Shown piece after piece: positions 24,203 through 38,940 of a stretch of DNA of 64,000 bases; position 1 is the first letter of the stretch; every line of letters starts with the position of its first letter. Source of the DNA: Bugula neritina (taxonomy: Eukaryota; Animalia; Bryozoa); assembly GCA_964035545.1 (NCBI GenBank), contig OZ037766.1, forward strand, positions 28,441,673 to 28,505,672, written 5' to 3'. The notes beneath the pieces are model-generated. The model was given only the letters and a program-made list of their open reading frames with translations, ran no database searches and was not told the DNA's origin. Both the position numbers and the translations under genes were made by a program.

Positions 24203-26642
24203 GTACTAGTGTGTAGTACTAGTACTAGTAGTAGTACTAGTAGTAGTAGTAGCAGTAGTAGTAGTAGCAGTAGCAGTAGCAGTAGCAGTAGTAGTAGTAG
24301 TACTAGTAGTAGCAGCAGTAGCAGTAGTAGTAGTAGTAGTACGTTAACATACATTCAATTTATGTAGTTACTTGTATTTCATAAATGATTTAGTACAAAT
24401 CCCTAATGTCAAACAATATGAATAACATAAAATAATTAGTAAATTGTTATTACTATTAGTATTACTGTATTAGGCTGTCTAATTTTATATCAGTATGAGT
24501 ATTTTTTAGTTCAAGTTGTGAAACTGAAATATTGTAATTACACTTAATCTTATTTTGTGTAAAATCCTCTAAATAATCTGAAAAAAACAACAAAAATTGA
24601 TAACATGCGTTCAATATTAGACTAAGACTTTAAAGTTTGCTCTTAAAAGGCAGATTTAAAATTTAAACGAAAATTAATTCAATTTCTTAAACCTCTATTT
24701 CAATAATAGTCGAATATTGAAAATTTGTTAATGATTTTATAGCTACATAAAATGTATAGTTATTTGCCAAATCTCACAAAGAAATATTGCAATTCAAGTT
24801 TGAGAGATTAATTTAATGTATGAGTTTCAAACTAAAAATCAATTGACTTATTAAATTAAACAAAAAAATATTCTTACTTCTCTTCATTAACCTACATCCT
24901 ACAAATAGGTGAGTGTTTCATGACATTTAATTATTTAATTATTTAGTTATTTGGTGATTCTAATTTATAACTATTAATGTTTAATAGCAGTCTATACTAA
25001 ATTAATTGAACTCACCTAAATATCATATTGATGGGAATGTATATTTATTAATTACTTCTTGTTTGTATTTTAAATTATAGGTGCAATGAATACAACAGTC
25101 CCTAAGCTGCTACGTGATGATAGTTCGCGAAGGGTAGGGACTTTCACTCACTACTTTCGTATGCCAGAGCCACTCTTCGACAAGCTGCTGGAAATGGTCA
25201 CTCCACTAACAAAAAAACAAGACACTCAGATGCGGCCTGCCATTGATCCTCGGACTCGCCTTTCCTGCACTCTACGCTTCCTAGCAACTGGGGCAACAAT
25301 GAGCGATCTTCATTACCAATTTCGTCTAGGTAGGTATATATATATTTTGTAATAGTATGTAATGTAATATTACTTGGTTGTTTGCATAATACTATTTTGT
25401 TTTTGTATGCTCTTCATTTCATATTGAAGGTGTAAAAACAATATCCAACATTATACATGAGATGTGTGCTGCAATTTATAAAGTGCTTCAGCCAACCCAT
25501 CTAAGGTTTCCACAGAGCGCAGATGAATGGCGAGCAGTAGCAAAGGACTACCTTGCTAGATGGAACTATCCTAACTGCATCGGATCTCTAGACGGCAAGC
25601 ATATTGTATGTATTACAAAATGAAATTGTTATTTGTAGGCAATTTTCAAGGCGCAGAGTATTTCAATTTTGTGGTGTTTGTGGCTTATTTTAGCGGATAA
25701 TGAAGCCCAAGTCTGCTGGTTCGGCATTTCACAACTATAAAGGCTATGAAAGCATAGTGTTGATGGCCATAGCAGACGCAAATCAAAGGTAATTAATGCA
25801 TCCTTACTCTCTTGAATGCAAAAATTAATTTTCAACCCCAAATTTATTTGAGTGCAGACATGCTCTTTCCACAAAATGACAGCATCTGATACTTTGTAGG
25901 TTCATCTACATAAACGTTGGGGCCAATGGCAGAAGTTCAGACGCAGGCATATGGAGAGAGTCGCCTCTGAAGGAGTTACTTGAGAGTGACCAAGTACACC
26001 TCCCAGATGATGCATGCTTGCCATACACTGATAGCCTCGTACCCTACCACTTCGTATCAGACGAGGCATTTCCGCTTAAAAAGTACATGATGAAGCCATA
26101 TCCAAGGTCTCGTGGCCCACTCAGCAACGATAAACTGGTGTTCAACTACAGGCTCAGTCGAGCCAGGAGAATTGTTGGTATGTAAATACTTTTTTTAATT
26201 ACAATTATGGAATACATTCAGTGAAGTTAAACTAAAGAAATGATTTGTTTACCAATTTCGATATTTTATTTTAATCACAGAAAACTCATTTGGTAGACTC
26301 GTGGCAATGTGGCGGATATTCCAGCGGCCAATTAATCTGCAGCCTGACAAGGTAGACAACATCATAATGGCATGCTGTGCATTGCAGAACTATCTGCTAG
26401 ACAACAATGCCATGACATTCACAGTCGATGCCGATGCGTACGTTGAGAATGCTACCTGGCGACAAGAAGTTCAAACAGAGTTGCATCCACTGCAACGTCG
26501 CCTGGCCGGTAATCATGCAGGTAGAGAGCCAAAAGACATCCAGGAGACTCTTTGCAGATGGTTCAATGGGGTTGGGCGTGTTGACTGGCAGGATAGGATG
26601 GTGGCTATTGGCCAGGGTTTGCAACAGCATTTAACGGGATGA
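23960..26642 (+). CDS. Harbinger transposase (HARBI1-like, DDE_Tnp_4), 6 exons, ~432 aa
   Basis: Exons 23960-24098, 25081-25329, 25430-25605, 25694-25788, 25900-26177 and 26281-26642 join in frame (1299 nt). Motifs TLRFLATG, WNYPNCIGSLDGKHI, NYKGYESIVLMAIADA, SDEAFPL, FNYRLSRARRIVENSFG. Confidence 0.95.
24128..24341. repeat. Head-to-head (CTA)n/(TAG)n microsatellite (foldback) in transposase intron 1
   Basis: About 80 nt of (CTA)n followed by about 130 nt of (TAG/CAG)n. Confidence 0.95.
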
Positions 26643-26786
26643 TTGACTCTTTTGCTAGTTAGCAATGCATGTACTTTTGATTAAAATATTACATATTTTG
26701 CATTACATTTTACAAGAAATATTGATATTTTTGTTTCAGTTTTGTTTAAAACTATGCATATATTTATTTACACAACATACAAAAAT

Positions 26787-28325
26787 TTACATATATTCAT
26801 AAGTCATGTGTGCATTTAGTTGCGATAAAATTGAAGAAGTACTCTCATGTGGTGATTCGGCTACGGCACCGTCTTCAGCAGAAGCACTAGCTGGCAGCAA
26901 ACTGGGCACGTATGGCCTCCTAGTTGTTTCCGACTGCTGGCAGATAGCATCCACAACTTCCCCAGACAGGCGATGCATCAAGCGTCTCCTTACCTACAAA
27001 AAGTATATGAATTGATAAGCAGTGGTTTGATAATATTTTAATCGCAACTAACGAAGTCTTGAGTCTTTTTAGTTACAATGCTTACAGCAACATTGGTGAT
27101 CTGGCGTAGGTCAGCAACAAGCGCATCACCCCACAAGTCCAAGTGGTCCTTGGTTGGAGTGTTCAGAAACTCCAAACACTTCATCCTTAGATGATCTTTG
27201 GGATTGGATTCTAGTGGTCGCTAAAACAGAACATAAAAAGCATTTAAGAAAGTGTTAAGTATTACAAACCTGCCCAACTTAAATCAAATCATTTTTATTT
27301 GACATTTTAGTAAGATTGTAAATGAAGCAAACCACTATATCTGTTATCGAATTACAGTTAACCCTAATTAAGCATTCTCGTGTTCAAAGTATGTTATTAA
27401 ACCATCCTGCCATGTGGATTTTTTAGGCACAACAATTTTTAATAGCTGGTATACAGCTCTCACACTTTAACCTTTATTGTGTGAAAGCCTAACTACTAAC
27501 TTTTGTTCCTCTGTTACGTGGTGTGTTGCCACGCATAGGTGGGGGAGATGTCACAGGTGGGGGAGATGTCACAGGTGGGGGAGATGTCACAGGTGGGGGA
27601 GATGTCACAGGTGGGGGAGATGTTACAGGTGGGGGAGATGTTACAGGTCGGGGAAATGTTACAGGTGGGGGCGATGTCACAGGTGTCCTAGATGCAGCTG
27701 GCAGCAGAAGTATTGGTTCGGACCTTGATGATGTGGAAGATGGTTGTGAAGAATCACCTTGACTACTTCCATCATCCATCATCTGATTTCTATCCTAAAC
27801 TCATATTATTATGTGAAATAATTAACAACCTATTAATAAATAATGTATGTTTACATCGATTTGCATACTACCACAATCACTACTGTTGCTTACCTCAGCA
27901 ATAAGGTTGGAGTGCGAGCTCCTAGTTTTTAGAGTTGGCAAAAGAAAGAGCATCTGCTCGTAATATGGGTATGTTTTTTTGTTGCGCTCCTCTCCACCAG
28001 CTCCAGACGGCTGATGAAAGCGCCTTTTGTGCTCCTGTTAAAAATCATAGTACCTGTATGAATATTAATTTAAATATCATTTTAATTTTCTCATTCCAAA
28101 TGCAGTGAGTATAAAATTATATTAAATTACCTTTGCAAAGTAAGTTCTATTGGTTTTGTGAAGAGTCTGAAGCTCTTCAGCCGATATTCCAACAAGAGCT
28201 GCCAGGTCAGCCCAAGCCCTCTTCTTGGCATCCTTGTTTGAATAAACCTTACTACGGTTATCCCACAGAGCAGGAAACTTCTCCAAGTTGTCGACATATT
28301 TTTGAGTAATCTCTGAATCGTACAT
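26787..28325 (-). CDS. Harbinger accessory Myb/SANT-like (MADF) DNA-binding protein, 5 exons, ~323 aa
   Basis: Exons 28325-28131, 28034-27894, 27794-27501, 27220-27086 and 26993-26787, all phase 0 and open. MADF pattern FPALWDNRSKVYSNKDAKKRAW...PSGAG...YPYYEQMLFL, with a C-terminal BESS-like helical segment DLWGDALVADLRQI. Confidence 0.9.
27537..27684 (-). repeat. 18-bp coding minisatellite (VTSPPP)x8 in the MADF gene
   Basis: Plus-strand unit AGGTGGGGGAGATGTCAC. Confidence 0.95.
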
Positions 28326-28385
28326 GATGAGGTATATATATTACAGCAGGCAGTACCGAACTGACTGTTGCCACCAATCACGATC

Positions 28386-28560
28386 ATATTTATGTTGAAA
28401 AACGGCCGTCTTGGAGCTAACTTATTAACAAAAACTCACAATTATATTTATGTTGAGAAAACGGCCGTCTTGGAGCTAACTTATTAACAAAACTCACAAT
28501 TATATTTATGTTGAGAAAACGGCCGTCTTGGAGCTAACTAAATTACTAACGAAAACTCAC
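28386..28560. repeat. ~59-bp tandem repeat (3 copies) upstream of the MADF ATG
   Basis: Unit ATATTTATGTTGAGAAACGGCCGTCTTGGAGCTAACTTATTAACAAAACTCACAATT. Confidence 0.93.
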
Positions 28561-29538
28561 GATCACTGCAAATCTGTTCTTTCAACAAAAATTAAACTAT
28601 AAAGTTGAGATGCTAATATTAGTTACTTAAATATAAAAATTAAAACTAAAAGTTATAAATTGTATTATAAATGAGTAAAAGTTGAGAATAATACCAGTGT
28701 TCTATTTAAAAAAGCAATATGTTTATTCTGATGTTCTAATAAATAAAAATTGCGTTGTTATTACTACTAGTACTACTTCGATTGATAGTTATTTTTATAT
28801 TTGTATTTCATATATGATGTATCGTAGTGATAGCAACGTACTAATTACTTCCTAGTTGTATTTCAACAATGGTGTTAACTTCGCTCGCTGTCATGATTTT
28901 CTGCCAGCTTTTGATTGGCTGGTTCAACAGAAAATCGCCCGATAAATTGAACATGTTCAATTCTGAAAATCGCTACAAAAATCTGCCAAAAGCAAAATCA
29001 GCCGATTTTTCAAAAATCCTAAAAAATCGCTAACAGTTTATCGGCCGATTTTCATGAAAAATCGACCTGTGTACATGTAGCTTTAGTCTGTTATTGTATT
29101 AAGGAATTTGCTCATTGCGTAATAATAATTAGGGATTTAATTGATCATAAATTATATGCTGTTTACTGATGCATTATAGTTAAATAACATATTGCATTGT
29201 TTATTTTGTGTGTACATCTTGCTCTGATACTGTATAACTCTATGAGCCATGTGCTTATATTGTAACTGTCTCAAAAACTGCACCATGCTTTATTTTCTAA
29301 TAATACATTTTATAGCACATGCATACATGCCAATTTAACAATTACCTTCAAATTATATATTAACTGGGAATGACATTAAAGTATGATATAAAGTATAATA
29401 TAAATAACATAATCTAAAACTATTCACTTGTGTTGTAAACAAACAAGTTTTTAAATCTCTCTATTGGATGCACCCATCAATTTAGTTGCTACTGCGGTTA
29501 AAGTGATTAAGAATGATTCAATATATCAATTCACTTCT

Positions 29539-31029
29539 CTAAGCCTTTTTCTCGTCAATATTGAAAGTTCCATCTATGTGAACTCCCTCCTCATTGGCTG
29601 ACAATGACTGGCTTTCTTTTCCAATATCTAGCTTTATCTCCTTTTCAATGTTGGCAGCTAACCGGCTACAAGAATAGTAAGGTCATATTAATGTGCAGAC
29701 AACTTCTTTCTATATGATGTAGCTTCAACAAATGAAGCTTTCTACATCCCATATCTAAGTAATACAATGTAGTGCAGCTAGCTAATGTATCATAATCTTA
29801 TTGTGATATTAACGTGCTTTCATGAAGTAACAATATTTTTTACTTTTTTTGTTAAATGCTTTGCTGATGAAATAATGTATTCTTAATTTATCTATTTGAA
29901 AACAACATTAACAATGTAGCTTTGTATCCATGGAGCAATATAATGACAAAGTACCTAAGACTATATACGGTATATAATACACATAATATTACAAGCACAG
30001 CTAGAAGTCATGTCTGGAGTTATATTTTTTCTCAATGCTCGTAATTCAACGAAATTTATAATGCATTGATTTAACAATAATGTAATATATATAAATTTGA
30101 TATTTAGTTCATCAAATGCTAAAAACTATGCACTCGCGCCGCATATCTCACATTTATTACGGTATTCAGATCTCCCACACTAAAGCCATATCTTGTAGTA
30201 AATTGTAGGTTTATTACCTCAGAAAAGAGAAATTTTCTTTGTTTGCAGTTTTGTGACCGTTTCGACTTCGATAGCCATATTTAGTTGACCCCTGCTGACG
30301 ACCTGCAAATGGCCTTAAAAAACGCCCTTGCCTATTGGGACGTGTCCTACCAAAGCCTCTTTGCACATATCTTGGTATCACATTTCTTCCTTGACCTCCA
30401 AATCTCCTTCTATTGCCTCTTCTAAAGTTCTGAGGCTGAACCCACCTTAGTCTACCTCTTGGTGAAAATCGCCTCCCATTGTTCTGATTTCTCCAAAATT
30501 TATTGTTAGACTTGAGATTCTTCACACCTCTTCTGTTACTATTACTAATAGCAGGTTTAGCAAGTTCATGACGTAATCTGTTTTCTTGATTTTCATTTAT
30601 CAGAGGTACGGTTTGTGGAAGGTCCCCCTCTTCTGATTTCTTAGCCAGCTCCTCCTCTACAATGCCATCCAATATATTTGTAACATTCGGGTCAGCTTTC
30701 CTTTGCTCAGCGCCCTCTGGAGAGAAGTTCATGATGATAGCTGACCCTCTCCGCGTTCCGTCGTCCAGCAACTCAGCTTTTACTATTTCTTCTGCCACAA
30801 CAGCTGGTTGATTTTTCTTGATCTCCGGTTGTAATTGCAAGACATCATTGTAACTATTTAAACTTGTATTCGTTCTGTCACTTTCGATTTTCAGTGGTGA
30901 GCTTGCATCTGGTAGCAAAACCTCCGTGCCATTTGTAGATATGTTTTCTGTAAACGCTGCTATTAAGCATGACGATAAAATGGTCAACAAGTATAACATT
31001 TTCTTCATTACTTGGTAAATGTTGACCAT
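29539..31029 (-). CDS. Secreted precursor-like protein: signal peptide, acidic region, Arg/Gly/Asn/Phe-rich cationic region, acidic tail (exons 31029-30218, 29665-29539)
   Basis: 271-codon ORF with hydrophobic N-terminus MKKMLYLLTILSSCLIAAFT. The AG|gtaata donor joins in phase 2 to an open exon (S)RLAANIEKEIKLDIG...DEKKA*. Confidence 0.8.
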
Positions 31030-31920
31030 AAGTGTTAGAGCTTACTAATGTAGAAGAAATGAGCTGCTCCTTTATTACAGATGTCGTCTAAATGCTTCTT
31101 TCTACACCAACAGACTATACTACTTAGTTTTCCTAAGTCAACAGTGGCCAACCACCTCTCATTATCTTATGTAATGTCATTACTACATGCATGTGTACAT
31201 TTAGCACAATTGATAGTGGATATAATCTTTAGGTTATCCCAGGCAATCAACTGGTTTTGAATAATTAAGATTTAATTTTTTGACTGGTAAGTAAGCTTTA
31301 TAGAGAATATAATTTAGCTAATTGCTGGAGGAGTTATCCTCTTTTTTTCTAGATAAAACAGTTTAAATTTGTCCAATCTATTGCATAATAACTACTCTAT
31401 TGTTTAATAAGTAGCCACCATGGCATAAGTCTGCTTTTCCAAAAGAAATGCAGCTAGTTTTGCAATAAGCCATTTTTAAATTTAAATAAATTCTAGTTCC
31501 ATTAGACTTTAGAGTTTCTGCTTGAATCTTGCATGAACATTAAGTATTATGTGACAACACTTGCATTTAAAACTCACAATACACATATGAAATATATTCG
31601 GAAATACAAAAGTTCATGTAAAATTAAACTGTTCTAGGGAAGAAGATTTCAATTATTGAACTCTCTCAAAGTTTGTTCATCAGTTTTAAAGTAAAATGTG
31701 TTTTAATACAATTTCTTAATTTTACAAATTATTTTCTTATAAAAACTAGGTAATAAAATGTATTTTAGGTTAAAAAATGGTGTAATTTGTCACAAAACAA
31801 TAAAGAGCAGGAATTAAAAAAAATATTTTTGCTTTATTGGTATGTTCACAAATTAAAACAAAATATTTTATTATTGAAAATATAATGAGTAGAAACTATT
31901 CCTTGTTTTAAGAGTGTTTA

Positions 31921-33223
31921 TCAATACATTGAACAAAATCCAATGTTACAAGGTGCAGTGCTATTGAACTTATAAATAACATCATTAGACGAGCACCTCA
32001 TTACAAACATACTATATTGTTTATCTTTGCATCCTCCTGCCCATGAACTATAGACTGTAATCTTCTTAACCAGACTAATTGGTGTAGGCGTACGTTCATC
32101 ACTCCATATTGCTCCATGGGTTCCACAACTTCCTGTCGTTGCCGGGCAACTATCTAACAACCTTGTACCAGCATCTCCAGTGAATCTAAACCAAGGGTTT
32201 CCCAGAGATGCTAAAGTGTTGGAATCACAGTTAGTGAATCCTCCAATCGGAGTAAGTGCTTCGCCAAAGTAATCTCTCCTCCAGCTTCCTGTGAAGTTGT
32301 GAGCAGTAAGGCACAAGGGTGATTGGTTTATTAATCCATTCATTTCTGTACTGGACGGTTTGGCTGTAGACGCGATACCTGTAAAGATAATTCAGCAATA
32401 CACAATGAAGTATATACAGTAAAAGCATACATGTAGGTGTTTCAAGTTTAAAAAACATAAGGATCTGGTACCAAAAACAGTATGAAACCAATGCTTATCA
32501 ATCATGCTTAAATTAGGACTTATTTCTCAAAGTTTAAAAGACAGTTTCAAAAGATAAAACAAATATTGCTATATATCTTTTTAGAGTTTACTGCGAAAAA
32601 ATGTTCTTATAAACTGTCTGCAGTCATGAGCAGAACTGATAGCAGCAATAATTGTTGTTGCACTAGACGTAGGCTATAATAAATTTAAAAAATACGAAGT
32701 AGTTATGATTCATAATACTTTTTATTATGAGTGAAATATTATGATTAAGTTAAATATCTTGACTGTTTGACCACTCCCAAGTTATTTGTCAAGCACAGTG
32801 GGGTCTATTTTTGCATATTTAGTGAGTTAGAAACTACAGTGCTTATTTCTAAAACAGCTGACTTATGATACAAGGTATTTTATAAAAACTGCAACTCTAT
32901 CAGCCAGTAAAATTGAGTCATTAGTATATACCTGATAAATTGTTTGTCTCTAGTTTGTCTCTAGAGGTCTGTGTGAATATGAGTATTAGACTTGTAACCG
33001 CTATTATTGTAACGACAGCTGTCCACACAATTAAGCCAATAAGAACACACTTTACATTTACTGAAAATCGTCTCTTAGACTTTTTCATAGCTGAGGTTCT
33101 GATAGGAAGCTTTATATCTTTTATTTCTTGTATTTCCTGGTATTCGCCAAACATATCGTCATTATTCTCAATCTCTTCACCTGATTTACCTGACTCATGT
33201 ATATAGCTAACGTTGGACATCAT
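31921..33223 (-). CDS. Type II membrane protein with C-terminal uromodulin/GP2/OIT3-like D8C domain (exons 33223-32932, 32378-31921)
   Basis: Basic stretch, then TM CVLIGLIVWTAVVTIIAVTSLILIF, then a phase 1 intron. WFRFTGDAGTRLLDSCP..SCGTHGAIW is the D8C signature. Confidence 0.85.
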
Positions 33224-35361
33224 TGCTTTCTGTAATCAATACAATAATTCTACAGTCAATTCAGTCTCCACTTAAAGATGTTTATGCGTGATACTACATA
33301 ATTTAGTACGATTGATTATTTACAGATACAAACAGACCGTTGAAGTGGCATGCTGACTAAATACCTAAGATATTTGCTTCAATTTACCTTCCTAAATCAT
33401 AGAGTGAAGAACATTTCTATGCATTCTATTTTACAGATAGAATTTATTACGAAAATTTAGTTACAATACTTTGTACAATAAATAGGCATTACAATTGTAT
33501 TGGCATTAATTACGCACTTTACAGAACGCAGGGCTGCTGCAGTATAGAATAAATAAAAGTGGAGATGAATGATAAGATTACAGTTCTGTTAAAAGCATTC
33601 TACTTTCACTTTGTAGTCTTCAATATTAGTGAAACAACAAAGCTTACCCAAATTTACTTTCTTCTTCAAAATAGCTCAAAAACTCCACCAGTGCTTTTTC
33701 GAATTACACAAATATATTTGTTATGTTACTTTCAACTCTTTCAACACATATGAAGATTAATATATCTTGTTATCCAAACTGTGGAATAGCCCTCTACTAG
33801 CAATCCGTAGATTTAATAGACACATAATATTTGCATAGTATTATATTACGTACAGCATTATAGTACTCACTTGTATAAGCTAAGCAGCCGTTTGTGCTGT
33901 TGAATACAGCTGTTTGTGAAAAAACAATTTTACGTAACTCACTGTGATATAAAAGCATTAATATCAGCTAACAATGCTAGAGCAGACTGCGAAAGGTATA
34001 CCTAGATTGGTCCTTTATGAAACTTAGTTCTAGTTTGTTACACAATAAATGATTGTAAGTATTATAACCATTCTACAATCAGTTGATAGATCAATACATT
34101 TAAAAATGAATTCATTCATTCAACTATGAAAACTTAATTCAATCACAATTGCTGAATAACGCAGTTTGGTTTTGAAGCCATTCATTATTAGAAATGAAAC
34201 TTTAATGAATGCAGTGCTTTGAGTTGAACTGCTAACAAGGAAGTTTGCTAATGTATCATATATCAGTGTATTGGTTGAGCTTAACTGTTTACATACACTT
34301 GTGTTGATCTTGAGTATTTTAGAGAGCCCTCCTTACTTGACAGCTGCTGAGTATAGAAACAAATCTAGCTTCTCAATAACATTCGCAAAAACAAAGGTTA
34401 TAGTGTTATCCAGCAGACGAGTTTTGAAGAAACAGAAAAAAAATTGTGCAATTTCCCTTTTTTGGCTTTCCCATTACTTAAAATAAAAGTTAGCACCAAA
34501 ATATGTTTCATATAATGAATTGTTACTTTGTTAGCCTACTTTACTATCCTGTCATGCAGACAATGCATGAAGTTGTTTTGGGAAAAGCTGGTAGCAATTA
34601 CTGTTAACACATGATGTAGCATAATACTTATTCTGGAGCAGTGAACTTAGTCAGTTGTACATAGTTCTATATGAAAATATATTGGCCAACTGAGACTAAA
34701 CTAAAATCATCAAAACTCGTTAGTTACATAATAGAAATAATGTTAACTAATGTTAAAACCTGTTGAGTATCCAAAATACTTTTATCTGGAACTTAGCAAA
34801 GAGTATTGGAAGTTTGCCTTGAGACATGTTATAGTATGATATAATGATAAAATGAATCGTATTAATATCAGTTTACAAAACTTAATAGCCCATAGCTTGC
34901 AGTAATTGGTACAATATAGTGTAGTGTGGTGGGGTGTGGTGCAGTGTTGTGTTGTGTTGTGTTGTGTAGCATAGTGTACAGCATAAAGTTTATTTTGCGC
35001 TGCTCTGGTTGAGTTTGAAAGTTGCACAACAATACAACAAAAAGTAACAAGCCTTGTTTTGGTTCGGGTTCAGCAAAGCACTTTATTTTGCATTTTATAG
35101 TTTGAAAGAGACATGATTATATAGCAGCATTCTAATTTTTTATGTCACAGTTTTTATATAGCCTATAAACTTATTCAGAACTCAACAACCTACTTAGAAG
35201 CTAGCTAAACTACTTTCTATCAACATTACATATCATGATTTAAGAAAGATAAATGTATAATCTAAACTTTATTCCAAGCATATATATAATAGTTGACAAA
35301 TTTCCTTTGAGGTTCGTTTTATTTTAAACAATAATTAATATTTCACAGCTAAGCTGTTGAG

Positions 35362-37432
<2,071 letters not shown>

Positions 37433-38940
37433 TATGAAATATTTTCAAAATGTACCAACCCTATATAACAAAAAATAAAAACATTTGAATATTAATACAT
37501 TTATGTACAGCAATAGTGATTAGAACAAACGCTCATTGTATTGGTTTAAAGTACAGTGTGGTGAAAGTGTTATAGTAAACAAAAAGCTACTATTCTGCTG
37601 CAAACTCTGCCTTCAACAGCAATCAAAGTGTTGGGGATAGTAGATAAATGACTTTATAAATTCTAATTCTAATGTTTTGAATTAAAATAATATGTAATTG
37701 GGGTAAACTGTGATATTTTTGCATGATTAATTTAAAATGCTCACCTGTAATGTTTACCTAAAGTACCACTAACTTCGTTGTAGTCATGAATGAAGCAGCA
37801 ATAGATGTGCGATAGCTTTGTTTTGCTCAATACTTAAGCTAAATGTATGCAATTAATATATTGATTATAAGTAAGAATTGTCTCCTGAATTTGAACAATA
37901 AGCAGCCAAAAACAATAATGAATAATAACACCATTGTCTTAAAATGAATACAACGTGTGATCAACCATTTGCTATAAACTGCTATACTATTGGATTGAAC
38001 TAACTTTACTGCTTTCCTAATACTTCAAGAAACATTGTTTGGTACATGCACCAATATGATCAGTCACAAACAGTTGAGCATAATCCAAGTCAAAATATTG
38101 GGTGCATTATAACCAAAGATATTTTCAAGAGGATTTAGATATTTTGTGTTTTCATTGTAGTTCCTCAGTTTAGCTAAAAATATTCCAAAATAGAAATTGT
38201 GCCAGAAATAGAGCGCCCTAGCTGTGCATGGCTCTGTTAATTTTCTTCTAGTGTCGGCTTGTTTATAACTACATTTTTTCAGCTATACATAAACCGGATA
38301 CTGTTTTGTAGTAGGTAGGCAATGGATAGCTAAAGCTAGTTTTGTGTTTGTTGGCAATTTGGCATGATTTACTCTGTAAGCATTGATATCTGAGAGTATT
38401 TATTGCATTAAGCCCAAGATTTTCTTTTTGCTTTAATGTCTTTGTTTAAAGAATTTGGTCAGCATCATATACATTTATGTTTGATTTTTCTTCGACTGTC
38501 ATTTATGTTTCTGCAAGTGCATTTTCTGCACCTGATACGTATAAATAATTGAACACAAGGTTACTCTCTTATAACTTTTGTTGGTTGAATCACCATTATT
38601 TTCTGAGCTAAGGTAGCCCAGCTCAGCATTGTATCAACCAATCATTAGAAAGTTTAAAGTTTACAGCTACTGTCTAGCTCTGTCATTAAGCAATGCCAAT
38701 CCTACGTCATTTTTAGCATATACTTATACGATTTTACCTTTTTGCGATATTTATCAACTAAAAACTGTTATGACACAAAATTTGTATCTAAAACAACAGC
38801 TAGCCTAGAAACTCTTGTCTGTGCAACCCAATGCTACGGCCTTCCACATCTATATATTATACTATACTATATTATACTGTGATATACTATACTAGACTAT
38901 GCTGTGTTATACTGTACTAGCTTAAGCCACTGCGATATAT

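Larger units (their letters stand above)
23691..29082 (+). mobile_element. Full-length PIF/Harbinger DNA transposon (5392 bp)
   Basis: Perfect 15-bp TIRs AGCTACATGTACACA (23691-23705) / TGTGTACATGTAGCT (29068-29082), with TTA on both flanks (23688-90, 29083-85). Two convergent genes (DDE transposase, MADF) and subterminal GATTTT/AAAATC repeats. Confidence 0.96.

Noticed and set aside
24010-24367. Poly-Leu/poly-Ser ORFs on both strands
   Set aside because: Translation of the intronic (CTA)n/(TAG)n microsatellite. Only 23960-24098 is exonic.
27477-27762. Plus-strand ORFs (HRWGRC)n and (GGGDVT)n
   Set aside because: Antisense readings of the VTSPPP repeat. The minus frame splices into the MADF gene.
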